Made by a program: the position numbers and the translations under genes
Virus record (IMG/VR): IMGVR_UViG_3300020042_004724
Location: 1 to 25,187 of that record
Length of the DNA: 25,187 nucleotides
Strand: one strand, 5' to 3'
DNA from: a virus
Taxonomy: Duplodnaviria; Caudoviricetes
In this document: positions 15,697 through 25,053 of the stretch, one piece after another
How the letters are laid out: every line of letters starts with the position of its first letter
Numbering within the stretch: the first letter of the stretch is position 1
The notes under the pieces: generated by a model
Database searches by the model: none
What the model was told of the DNA's origin: nothing
Seen by the model: only the letters and a program-made list of their open reading frames with translations

Positions 15697-18600
15697 ATGG
15701 CCCTCGTAGTAAAAGACAGAGTACAAGAAACAACCACAACCACAGGTACCGGCACGCTTACCTTGGGCGGGGCGGCGCTTGGATTCCAGTCCTTTGCAAC
15801 AATTGGTAACGGCAACGCCACTTACTACACCATCAACGACACTATCACTGGGGATTGGGAAGTTGGCATTGGTACGTACACCGCGTCGGGTACAACCCTG
15901 TCGCGCACTACTGTGCTGTCTTCCAGCAATGGCGGAGCGCTGGTGTCGTTTACCGCCGGGTCCAAAAACGTCTTTGTGACCTACCCGTCCGAGCGGGCTG
16001 TGTACAAGGACTTGGCGGATGTTTACACGGTGCAACAAGCGTTTGATGCGCTTACCGCCAACTCAATTGCGCTGACCACGGGAACAATTAGCACAGCCCC
16101 GGTCAACAACACAGATATTGTCAACAAACAGTACGCCGACGCCATTGCGTCTGGCATTCACTTTCACGAAGCTGTGGATTTGGCGACTACCACAGCCCTG
16201 CCAGCAAACACATACAACAACGGCGCATCTGGGGTAGGGGCAACGCTCACCGCAAACGCCAATGGCGCTTTGTCTGTGGACTCAACGCTTACCGTCGCTT
16301 CAAACCGGATATTGGTGAAGAACGAAGCCGCGCAAGCAAACAACGGTGTGTATACGGTCACTCAGGTTGGCTCCGCTGGGACGCCATACATTCTGACTCG
16401 GGCAACCGACTTTGATACCGCTGGAACCGGGGTTGACCAGATTGACGAGGGTGACTTTTTCTTGGTGACCAGCGGCACAGTAAACCTGAACACCGCTTGG
16501 GTTCAACAGACTGCGCCCCCGATAACAGTTGGCACAACGGCAATTGTCTTCCAGCAGTTTGCTGCGCCAATCACATACACGGCGGGTACGGGTTTAAATG
16601 AATCCCCAAGCTACACCTTTAACATTGCTACCACAGGGGTGAGCGCGGCAACCTACGGTTCTGCGTCCCAAGTACCTGTGTTTGCGGTCAACGCCCAGGG
16701 CCAGATCACATCGGTCACCAATACGGCCATAGCGATCGCCGCTGGTGCGGTGTCGGGCCTCGCAGCTTCAGCCACCACGGACACAACCAATGCAAGCAAT
16801 ATCTCATCTGGGACGCTCCCTACGGGGCGGCTGTCTGGTTCTTATACAGGAATTACAGGTGTTGGTACTCTCGCTGCTGGTACTTGGAACGGGAGTGTTA
16901 TTGGTCCTGTGTATGGCGGTACTGGATTCGGTACTTACGCTGTGGGAGATTTGCTGTACGCGGATACAACGTCTTCTCTGGCCAAACTCGCAGACATAGC
17001 TGTTGGCAACGCACTGATCTCCGGCGGTGTGAGTTCAGCCCCAAGTTGGGGCAAGATTGGCTTGGCCACGCACGTTAGCGGCACCCTTCCAATCGCCAAC
17101 GGGGGTACAAATACCAGCGCCACGGCCACCAACGGCGGGGTCACCTACGGCACGGGCACCGCGTATGCCTTCACGGCTGCGGGCACTTCCGGCCAAATTT
17201 TGCAGAGCAACGGCGCAGCGGCTCCGACTTGGGTTAGCTTGTCCACAGTGGGCGTTACAACATTCAGCGCGGGCACCACGGGGTTTACCCCTAGCACGGC
17301 AACATCTGGCGCAGTCACGTTGGCAGGTACATTGAACGTAGCCAATGGTGGCACGGGCGTAACCACTTCCACAGGCACCGGGGCTGTTGTGCTGTCTACC
17401 AGCCCATCGTTGACGACTCCAATTCTAGGAACCCCTCAGTCTGGCAACTTCAGCACTGGCACTTTTACTTGGCCCACGTTCAATCAGAACACCACTGGCA
17501 ACGCCGCCACGGCAAGCAACGCAAGCTTGTTAAACAGCATATCCGCTGTTAATTTGTACAACAACATGGGGGCTGTCCACGGCGCAATAGCTTCATTTGA
17601 TGCCACAACTCCCTCTTATGACTTTGGGTATCGCTATGTGCAAGGGAGTGCCAATGGACCCGGTACAGGGCAATCGCAATATTATTCTTGGTACATAGGT
17701 CTTGGCTCTCAATATCCTGCAACTGGCGCGGGGTCTTATGGTGCCATGTTTGCTGTAGGCAGAACTCCGGGCACACCATATCTCTCTGTCAGATATAACG
17801 AATCCAATTCATTTTCGGCTTGGCAAAAAGTTGCGGCGGGTTATGCGGATAGCGCAGGCGCAGTTGACTACAACAACCTGACGAACAAAACAGGGGGTAC
17901 GGGTACATACACAACCAGCGGGGACTACCGCGCTCCCATCTTCTATGATTCCAACGACACCACATATTATGGAGATTTTGCTAGTACGTCTAACATTTAT
18001 AACCTAACAATTAAAGGTGTAATGGGCGATGGTACAGCCCCGCTACGGCTTTCACCAACAAGCTCTTCCGGCACTTTTCAATGGGCATCCACTGCTATAT
18101 CAGCCTCGCTTGGTGCTGGTCAGACGATGGCTCATTTTATTGGAAACGCACTTAGCGCCGGTAATAGTGGGTATTTGGGGTTCAACTACGCCGGTGCAGC
18201 ATCAGCAAGTAACTACGTATCGCTGGGCCATTACGGAAACGATAATATCTTACGCGTGTACTACGGTACATACACTCAATCTTCGGGTAGTATGCGCGCC
18301 CCCATCTTCTACGACTCCGACGACACCACGTATTACGTTGACCCCGCCAGTACATCAAATATGAATGTTGTTCAGTTGCTGAACGGCAAATGGTACCCCG
18401 TTAACAATGAAAGCGGCCAATCAATAAACATATATGTCCGCCCCAATGGAGATAATACGTATGTCTGGAGGCACATTTATGGAGGCACAGGTTCTGGGTA
18501 TGGCACTGGCGTGGGCGGCTACGGCATTTATAACCAGACATTGGGAGGGGACTACAACTTAATATTCAGTCCCTCTGGCTTTGTCACGGCCCCCTATTCC

Positions 18601-20823
18601 TACCGCGCCCCCATCTTCTACGACTCCGAGGACACCGCGTACTACCTTAACCCCAACTCTACAAGCGACTCTGCTTTGCGTATTCGCGGCGGTGCTTTAC
18701 ATGGGCCAAATGTAACTTGGAGCAAGTATTTGCTTGTTGGGGGGGATGGGCGACAAAACTATATCAACAACGCAGACGTTGCGTCTGTCTGCACGACAAA
18801 CGGCAACTTGCACATGGACGCTGCAAGTGGCACTGATATGTATCTTAACTATTACGATGGCGTTAATATCTACATTGGTAATGGAGCAACAGCCACAGTT
18901 TCCAGTTTAAACGGGGGTGACGGAAGCCACCGCGCTCAAATTTTTTACGACTACAACAACACCGCGTATTACGGCGACTTTGCCAGCACATCAAACGTCA
19001 ACCAAATAAATATGCAGGGGTTCCTGCGGCGCAATACGTCCGCTGCCGGGTATATGGAGGGCAACTATCCAACCAGCTTGGATGGCAATGCTTCAGCGGC
19101 AATCTACACAATTGGCGGCATTTATCAGCCTGCCGCCAACACCCTTGGAAATATGTATGGTGTTGGGTACACGGTAGGTAACGGTACGGCTAGTCCAGGA
19201 TTGGGTCAAACTGGCTGGGGCTTTTATGTTGCATCCGGTGGAACATCCAGGATTTTTTTGGATTCTGACAGCGGCGTTGGTATTGTAACCGGATCACTCC
19301 GTGCTCCCATTTTCTATGACTCCAACAACACCGCGTATTACGGCGACTTCGCCAGCAATTCAATCTTAAACACTCTTACCGTTAATAGCGGGTCTAGTTT
19401 AGGAACGTGGTATGTCACTGGAAACGGATCAGTTAACGGCTCTTCTAATGTAGGTTTAAATGTATATTCTAGTGGCGGTAGCGGCGCAATTATGGCGTTC
19501 CATCGCGGCGGGTATTACGCTGTCAACATGGGGCTGGACTCTGACAACGTGTTGCGCATCGGCGGCTGGTCTGCCGCAGCAAGCCGCTGGCAACTGGATA
19601 TGTCTGGTAACAATTACATTGCCGGAGACTTCTACGCGGTCAACAATGTACGAATAGGTAAGGGTAATCTCTCCGTAGCCACCAACACGGCGGTCGGGGT
19701 AGCTGCGCTTGCCTCTGTAAATAGCAACTATCACACAGCGGTGGGCTACCAAGCCTTGCAGGGGATGACTACCTACGTCAACCCTGTTTACCCAATTGCA
19801 GGCGGCAGCACAGCGGTCGGGTATGGCGCACTTCAATCCAACGTTGGCAACACTACGCTTGGCTCTGGGAATACCGCAATAGGTTCCGGGGCGATGTACA
19901 ACGCAACGGGCGCATATCTGTGCACCGTTGTTGGAGCCTACGCCGGATACAACCTGACAGGCGGAGCCACAAACACAATAATTGGGCACCGCGCAGGCCA
20001 AGTTATGGCAAATAACAGTAGCTCAATTATTATTGGGTACAACACTGCGCCCAACCTTAACTCCAATTATGGGTCAGGTAACTCCAACACTATTATTGGA
20101 AACAACGCGGGCGCATTTTATTATGGCAGCAACAACACCATATTAGGGGCTAATACAGGCTTTAACATGGCGTTCAGTGTCAATGCAGCCAACGCCAGCA
20201 ATGTTTTAATTGGTGCAAATACCTTATATACCCAGGAATATACAACGACGCAGTGTACGTTTGTGGGCTATGCCTCAATGAATACTTGGAATGGAGATGT
20301 TACCAACTCAGCGTCTTTGGGGTACCTTACCGACGTAACCGGTAACAACCAAGTTCAGCTTGGGAACTCCAGCACCACAACCTATGTGTATGGCACGGTG
20401 CAAAACCGGTCGGACGCACGGGACAAAGCCGATATTCGGGATACTCAGCTTGGGTTGGGTTTTATTGAAGCCTTGCGCCCAGTGGATTTCCGTTGGGATT
20501 ACCGGGAGTCTTATATTGACCATATTCCGTCAGAGGACGAAGATGGCAACGACACCTCCACTCGGATTGAGCACCCCAAAGACGGTAGTCGCAAGCGCAC
20601 CCGCTACCACCACGGCTTGATTGCCCAAGAGGTCAAAGAGATGCTGGATGCCAAAGGGATTGACTTTGGTGGATACCAAGACCACTCAGTGGCTGGGGGC
20701 AAAGATGTGCTGACTATCGGGTATGACGAACTGGTTGGGCCGCTCATCAAAGCGGTGCAGGAGTTGTCAAATCAAGTAAAAGCGTTATCATTGGAACTGG
20801 CCGATTTGAAGGCCAAATCTTAG
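15697..20823 (+). CDS. long tail fibre 1 with C-terminal peptidase S74 intramolecular chaperone
   Basis: 1708 aa G/T/S/N-rich; GTLPIANGGT shaft repeats; five RAPIFYD repeats; NTAVG beta-roll repeats; 'RSDARDK...LRPVDFRW...GLIAQE...LIKAVQEL'. Confidence 0.9.
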   Translation: MALVVKDRVQETTTTTGTGTLTLGGAALGFQSFATIGNGNATYYTINDTITGDWEVGIGTYTASGTTLSRTTVLSSSNGGALVSFTAGSKNVFVTYPSERAVYKDLADVYTVQQAFDALTANSIALTTGTISTAPVNNTDIVNKQYADAIASGIHFHEAVDLATTTALPANTYNNGASGVGATLTANANGALSVDSTLTVASNRILVKNEAAQANNGVYTVTQVGSAGTPYILTRATDFDTAGTGVDQIDEGDFFLVTSGTVNLNTAWVQQTAPPITVGTTAIVFQQFAAPITYTAGTGLNESPSYTFNIATTGVSAATYGSASQVPVFAVNAQGQITSVTNTAIAIAAGAVSGLAASATTDTTNASNISSGTLPTGRLSGSYTGITGVGTLAAGTWNGSVIGPVYGGTGFGTYAVGDLLYADTTSSLAKLADIAVGNALISGGVSSAPSWGKIGLATHVSGTLPIANGGTNTSATATNGGVTYGTGTAYAFTAAGTSGQILQSNGAAAPTWVSLSTVGVTTFSAGTTGFTPSTATSGAVTLAGTLNVANGGTGVTTSTGTGAVVLSTSPSLTTPILGTPQSGNFSTGTFTWPTFNQNTTGNAATASNASLLNSISAVNLYNNMGAVHGAIASFDATTPSYDFGYRYVQGSANGPGTGQSQYYSWYIGLGSQYPATGAGSYGAMFAVGRTPGTPYLSVRYNESNSFSAWQKVAAGYADSAGAVDYNNLTNKTGGTGTYTTSGDYRAPIFYDSNDTTYYGDFASTSNIYNLTIKGVMGDGTAPLRLSPTSSSGTFQWASTAISASLGAGQTMAHFIGNALSAGNSGYLGFNYAGAASASNYVSLGHYGNDNILRVYYGTYTQSSGSMRAPIFYDSDDTTYYVDPASTSNMNVVQLLNGKWYPVNNESGQSINIYVRPNGDNTYVWRHIYGGTGSGYGTGVGGYGIYNQTLGGDYNLIFSPSGFVTAPYSYRAPIFYDSEDTAYYLNPNSTSDSALRIRGGALHGPNVTWSKYLLVGGDGRQNYINNADVASVCTTNGNLHMDAASGTDMYLNYYDGVNIYIGNGATATVSSLNGGDGSHRAQIFYDYNNTAYYGDFASTSNVNQINMQGFLRRNTSAAGYMEGNYPTSLDGNASAAIYTIGGIYQPAANTLGNMYGVGYTVGNGTASPGLGQTGWGFYVASGGTSRIFLDSDSGVGIVTGSLRAPIFYDSNNTAYYGDFASNSILNTLTVNSGSSLGTWYVTGNGSVNGSSNVGLNVYSSGGSGAIMAFHRGGYYAVNMGLDSDNVLRIGGWSAAASRWQLDMSGNNYIAGDFYAVNNVRIGKGNLSVATNTAVGVAALASVNSNYHTAVGYQALQGMTTYVNPVYPIAGGSTAVGYGALQSNVGNTTLGSGNTAIGSGAMYNATGAYLCTVVGAYAGYNLTGGATNTIIGHRAGQVMANNSSSIIIGYNTAPNLNSNYGSGNSNTIIGNNAGAFYYGSNNTILGANTGFNMAFSVNAANASNVLIGANTLYTQEYTTTQCTFVGYASMNTWNGDVTNSASLGYLTDVTGNNQVQLGNSSTTTYVYGTVQNRSDARDKADIRDTQLGLGFIEALRPVDFRWDYRESYIDHIPSEDEDGNDTSTRIEHPKDGSRKRTRYHHGLIAQEVKEMLDAKGIDFGGYQDHSVAGGKDVLTIGYDELVGPLIKAVQELSNQVKALSLELADLKAKS
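17929..19360 (+). repeat. five dispersed in-frame direct repeats (~60 nt, encoding RAPIFYDSxxTxYYxD/NxxS)
   Basis: Starts at 17929, 18295, 18604, 18931 and 19300. Copies 2 and 3 share 26 identical nt; copies 4 and 5 share 27 identical nt. Confidence 0.9.
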
Positions 20824-20835
20824 GAGCGATAAACC

Positions 20836-21192
20836 ATGGCAATCACTTACACATGGGCTGTGACCGGTATGAAAGTCACGACCGCCGGGGCCAACCCCGA
20901 CTACGTTGTGCAGACATACTGGACAAAAACAGGTACCGACGAGAATGGCAACACGGGCGTGTTCAGCGGCGCAACGCCGTTTGCACCCAACCCCAGCCAA
21001 CCAGACTTTGTGCCGTTTGACCAGTTGACGCAAGAAATTGTGCTCAGTTGGATTGAGCCCTTGGTCGTTGGTTCCTACGCGGAACACGTAGATGGTGTGA
21101 TTGCCAAACAAATCGCCGATAAGATTGATCCCGTGACGGACGCCGACTTACCGTGGGCTCCCCCGTCACCAACTCCAACTCCACCCGTCTAA
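20836..21192 (+). CDS. tail fibre-associated small protein (assembly chaperone-like)
   Basis: AGGAG SD; directly follows fibre 1; 'ITYTWAV', 'FVPFDQLTQEIVLSWI', 'LPW'. Confidence 0.7.
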   Translation: MAITYTWAVTGMKVTTAGANPDYVVQTYWTKTGTDENGNTGVFSGATPFAPNPSQPDFVPFDQLTQEIVLSWIEPLVVGSYAEHVDGVIAKQIADKIDPVTDADLPWAPPSPTPTPPV

Positions 21193-21201
21193 GAGGACAC
21201 T

Positions 21202-21390
21202 ATGAACGACACAATCAAAATTGAGATAACTCCTGCCGAATACAACATCGTGATGCGCCAGATTGCTATGGGCCCGATCGCTGAATGCCTCGACTTGTTT
21301 ATGAAGCTGCGCCAAGTTGGCATGGAGTTTCAGGCAACCCATGTGCCGCCTCCCCCTTCCGCAGCGGAGCAAGCAGCGCAGATTCAGTAA
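21202..21390 (+). CDS. small hypothetical protein
   Basis: GAGGA SD; 62 aa, helical, between the two fibre genes. Confidence 0.7.
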   Translation: MNDTIKIEITPAEYNIVMRQIAMGPIAECLDLFMKLRQVGMEFQATHVPPPPSAAEQAAQIQ

Positions 21391-21417
21391 TCCGGCGCGT
21401 TAACCCAAGGACCCAGC

Positions 21418-24327
21418 ATGTCAACTTTTTCCAGTCTCAAATTTGAGCTTATACTGACCGGCGACCAGTCCGGCCAGTGGGGCAACACAACCAATGCAAA
21501 TATTGGTACTGCGATCAACGAGGCAATCGCTGGGTCCGTCGATATCACATTTGCCAGCGCGGACTTGACCCTCACGCTGACGGATACCAACGCGGCGCAA
21601 AGCGCACGCAACCTGCGGCTGAACCTGACCGGCACTGCTGGCGGGGCTGCACGCACACTTACCCTTGGCTCCGGGTGCCAGATCAACAAACCCTACATCG
21701 TCAACAACACCCTCGCAAACGCTGTGACGGTCAAGAATACGACGGGTACCGGCATCGCCGTGCCCGCAGGCGCAACCATGTGGTTGTTCAATAACGGCAC
21801 CAACGTGGTGGACGTTGTGTCCTACCTCTCCTCCCTGACCCTGGGCACCGCACTTGTCGCTACCTCTGGCGGTACTGGTCAATCCAGCTACGCGGTTGGT
21901 GACCTGCTTTATGCCAACACCACCACAACCCTTGCAAAACTTGCAGACATAGCCACGGGCAACGCACTGATCTCGGGAGGCGTAACAACTGCGCCAAGCT
22001 GGGGGAAAATTGGCTTAACCACGCACATTACGGGCACTCTTGCCGCAACCAACGGCGGTACTGGCGCAAGTACTACCACCACGGGCGACTTGTTGTATGG
22101 ATCGGCATCCGACACTTGGACAAAGCTGGCAGGCAACACCACAACCACCCGAAAGTACTTGGTGTCTGTGGGCAGTGGGTCTGCGGCAACCGCTCCAGAG
22201 TGGGATCAGATTGACATTGGTGGCACCGACATTACGGGCACTCTTGCCGCCACAAACGGCGGTACCGGGACAGCCACCGTGACTACGGGCGACATACTGT
22301 ATGGGGGGACGACCTCCAACACTTGGGCAAAGCTTGCCGCAGGCACTGCTGGTCAACTTCTTCAAACCAACGGTGCGGCGGCTCCGTCCTGGGTAAATGC
22401 ACCAACTTTTACCGGCGTATCGTCGTTTACCGGAGGGACTACCGGACTTTTACCGAGCACCGCATCTACGGGGGCAATATCGCTTTCAGGCACCCTGGCG
22501 ATAGGCTCTGGCGGTACAGGCGCAACTACGCAGCAAACAGCAATAAATGCTTTGGCTGGCGCGGTTACTATTAGAAAGTTTCTGCGGGGTGATGGCACTA
22601 ATGTGAGTATGGCGGATATCGAGGTGGCGGACGTTCCAACACTTAACCAAAGCACAACCGGCACAGCGGGGGGCTTGGGTGCCGGAATTGTTTTGCCGGT
22701 GGCTTCGGGTGGCACTAGCCATAGCAGTTACTCTACTGGTGACATTCTTTATGCCAGTGCCCCTGGCGCATTGACTAAACTGGCTGCGGGAACCACAGGC
22801 TACGCACTTCTTACAAACGGCCCATCAGCGGGGCCGTCATGGGGGCAGATAGCCTTAGGAAGCGCGGTGTCTGGCACGTTGCCTGTAGCAAACGGGGGCA
22901 CGGGCACAGCAACCCCGAGCCTTGTTGCGGGTACAAACGTTACCATTACCGGCACTTGGCCCAACCAAACAATTAACTCGTCGGGTGGCGGCGGAAGCGT
23001 TCCAGGAGGTGCCGCCAATCAGATTGTGTACCAGTCTGCCTCAAGCACGTCTACGTTTATCGCAGCCCCCACAACCGCCAGCACATATTTAAGCTGGACT
23101 GGGTCGGCATTTGCTTGGGCCAACGTAACTCCTGGCAGCACATTTGCCGGAGACATTTCTGTCAATGGCTTGACTGTTGGTAGGGGCACCGCCAGCGTTG
23201 CAACCAACACCGCCTTGGGGTATCAGGCCAACAATGCGGTGACCACTGCCCCAGGGCTAACTTCCGTAGGATACCAAGCGAATAAAAGCGTTACAACCAG
23301 CCCATTCCATACTGCTGTTGGGTATCAAGCCAATGCCGCTATGGTCGATAGTTATGGTGTTGGGCCTAATCCTTGGGAAACAAATACCGCCGTTGGCTAC
23401 CAAGCATTAACAGCAAACTATGGGTTTCCGGGCATATCATCAAATACCGCAGTCGGAGGAGGAGCCGCCGCTGGATTGACAGGCGGCTATCTCAATGTTT
23501 CTGTTGGCTCAGGCGCGGGGCCAGTATCGAGCGCGGCAACCAATGTCTGTATTGGCGCTTACGCTGGGCGTTACTACAGCAACCAAAATTCCATACTTAT
23601 TGGTTATGAAACGTATTCCCAAGTGACTGGCACCACCGCCACTGGCTCTGGTATAACAGCTATTGGGCACCAAGCAATGTACGGCGCAACGGCTGGTAGC
23701 TCGGGCAAGGTTACTGATAATTGCGTTGCCCTTGGGTATCGAGCACTTTATGCACTTGACCCCGGTTTGGGGGCCAATTCCTACCGCAATACAGCTTTAG
23801 GGAGCAATGCGGGGTCTTCGTTGGAAACGGGGGTCAATAACACCCTTTTGGGATACAGCGCGCAAGCCAGCACAACCACAGCATCCAATGAGTTTGTGTT
23901 GGGCAACAGTTCAGTGTCTGTTTTGCGTTGCCAACAGTCTTCAATTAGCGGCTTGTCCGATGCGCGGGATAAGTACGATATTGAAGACTTGCCGGTTGGG
24001 TTGGACTTCATCAACTCTCTTAAAGCACGCCGGTTCAAATGGGACAAGCGCGATGCGTACTTTGATGAAATAGAAAATGAAGATGGCTCCACAACTCAGG
24101 TGGCCGTCCCCAAAGACGGGTCGCGCAAGTCCGAGGAATGGAACGAAGGTTTTATTGCTCAGGAGATGGATGAGGCCGCAACGGCGGCTGGCGCAGACTG
24201 GATGAAGATTGTGTATAAATCCAACCCAGAAAAGTTGGAAATGGCCCCCGGCAAGCTCATCCCCGTTTTGGTCAAAGCCATCCAAGAACTGACGGCGCGT
24301 CTTGAGGCGCTAGAGGCAAGAAATTGA
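21418..24327 (+). CDS. tail fibre 2 with C-terminal peptidase S74 intramolecular chaperone
   Basis: 969 aa; N-terminal anchor 'GDQSGQWGNTTNAN'; GDLLY/GTLxxxxGGTG shaft repeats; NTALGYQA repeats; 'LSDARDK...GFIAQE...LVKAIQEL'. Confidence 0.88.
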   Translation: MSTFSSLKFELILTGDQSGQWGNTTNANIGTAINEAIAGSVDITFASADLTLTLTDTNAAQSARNLRLNLTGTAGGAARTLTLGSGCQINKPYIVNNTLANAVTVKNTTGTGIAVPAGATMWLFNNGTNVVDVVSYLSSLTLGTALVATSGGTGQSSYAVGDLLYANTTTTLAKLADIATGNALISGGVTTAPSWGKIGLTTHITGTLAATNGGTGASTTTTGDLLYGSASDTWTKLAGNTTTTRKYLVSVGSGSAATAPEWDQIDIGGTDITGTLAATNGGTGTATVTTGDILYGGTTSNTWAKLAAGTAGQLLQTNGAAAPSWVNAPTFTGVSSFTGGTTGLLPSTASTGAISLSGTLAIGSGGTGATTQQTAINALAGAVTIRKFLRGDGTNVSMADIEVADVPTLNQSTTGTAGGLGAGIVLPVASGGTSHSSYSTGDILYASAPGALTKLAAGTTGYALLTNGPSAGPSWGQIALGSAVSGTLPVANGGTGTATPSLVAGTNVTITGTWPNQTINSSGGGGSVPGGAANQIVYQSASSTSTFIAAPTTASTYLSWTGSAFAWANVTPGSTFAGDISVNGLTVGRGTASVATNTALGYQANNAVTTAPGLTSVGYQANKSVTTSPFHTAVGYQANAAMVDSYGVGPNPWETNTAVGYQALTANYGFPGISSNTAVGGGAAAGLTGGYLNVSVGSGAGPVSSAATNVCIGAYAGRYYSNQNSILIGYETYSQVTGTTATGSGITAIGHQAMYGATAGSSGKVTDNCVALGYRALYALDPGLGANSYRNTALGSNAGSSLETGVNNTLLGYSAQASTTTASNEFVLGNSSVSVLRCQQSSISGLSDARDKYDIEDLPVGLDFINSLKARRFKWDKRDAYFDEIENEDGSTTQVAVPKDGSRKSEEWNEGFIAQEMDEAATAAGADWMKIVYKSNPEKLEMAPGKLIPVLVKAIQELTARLEALEARN
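22025..22250 (+). repeat. 22-nt perfect direct repeat within fibre 2 (shaft unit duplication, 204-nt period)
   Basis: ACATTACGGGCACTCTTGCCGC at 22025 and 22229. Confidence 0.8.
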
Positions 24328-24892
24328 TCCAATCACGGCATTCGCACTTTGCAAGGGAGCCTATGAAGGCATAAAGGGGTGCATTGCCGTCTACCAAGAC
24401 CTGAAGAAAACAGGCAACGATCTGACAAAGATCACAGGTGAAGTCAGCGGGGCGCTCTTAAAGTTTTTCAAAGGCCATGCAGAGTTGGAGGCCAGCCATG
24501 AGAAGGCCGAGTACCAACGCGAAGAGAACCAAAAGAAGGGAATCAAAGACGACCTTGCCACACAAGCCATAGACAATGTAATGTATCTGCGGCAGACCAA
24601 GCAGTTTTATGCCGATCTTGAGAGAATGGTGCGCTGGGAGATGGGGCAACCCGATCTCTGGCGGGAAATCGTTGAAGAGTATCAACGGCTGTTGGATCAA
24701 AAATCGGAACAAGCGGCGCGTGAGTTGCACGAAAAGCGGGTGAAAGCATGGCAGCGACAAAGATTAAAAAATCTGATCCTGGACAGGGTGCTGGAAACGC
24801 TGGTGGTGGTTTTCGTAACCGGATACCTGATATGCCTAATGTGGATAATCAGTCTTCATCATCGGGGTCGTTTGGATACCTTCTGGTCTTAG
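24323..24892 (+). CDS. coiled-coil protein with a C-terminal transmembrane helix; probable ATT start
   Basis: Frame is open from the stop at 24311-24313. Reads (M)DPITAFALCKGAYEGIK from ATT 24323, with GAGG 6 nt upstream. TM segment LVVVFVTGYLICLMWII. Confidence 0.6.
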   Translation: MDPITAFALCKGAYEGIKGCIAVYQDLKKTGNDLTKITGEVSGALLKFFKGHAELEASHEKAEYQREENQKKGIKDDLATQAIDNVMYLRQTKQFYADLERMVRWEMGQPDLWREIVEEYQRLLDQKSEQAARELHEKRVKAWQRQRLKNLILDRVLETLVVVFVTGYLICLMWIISLHHRGRLDTFWS

Positions 24893-25053
24893 TGCTGTTT
24901 GCACTGGTCTTTGTGCTGATGATCCCGCTTGTTGGGATGTTGTATGTGGATACGATGGTAGTGAAGCGAGAGGCCAAGGCCCAGATGGAAAAAGTGGAAA
25001 AGCTGCGTAAGCAGGTTGAAGAAGATGCCAAACGAGAAGCCGAACCCAGATGA
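24748..25053 (+). CDS. small membrane protein (single TM plus coiled coil), overlapping the upstream gene
   Basis: Polar N-terminus, long hydrophobic YLLVLVLFALVFVLMIPLVGMLYV, charged helical tail. Confidence 0.6.
   Translation: MAATKIKKSDPGQGAGNAGGGFRNRIPDMPNVDNQSSSSGSFGYLLVLVLFALVFVLMIPLVGMLYVDTMVVKREAKAQMEKVEKLRKQVEEDAKREAEPR

Noticed and set aside
17929-19360. CRISPR array or shufflon/invertible segment
   Set aside because: Repeats are degenerate, in-frame coding and direct, with a 300-370 nt period. There are no inverted sites and no cas or recombinase gene in the window.
15697-24327. Diversity-generating retroelement VR/TR pair in the fibre genes
   Set aside because: Shared blocks differ mainly at synonymous positions rather than at adenines only, are not C-terminal, and no reverse transcriptase is present in the window.
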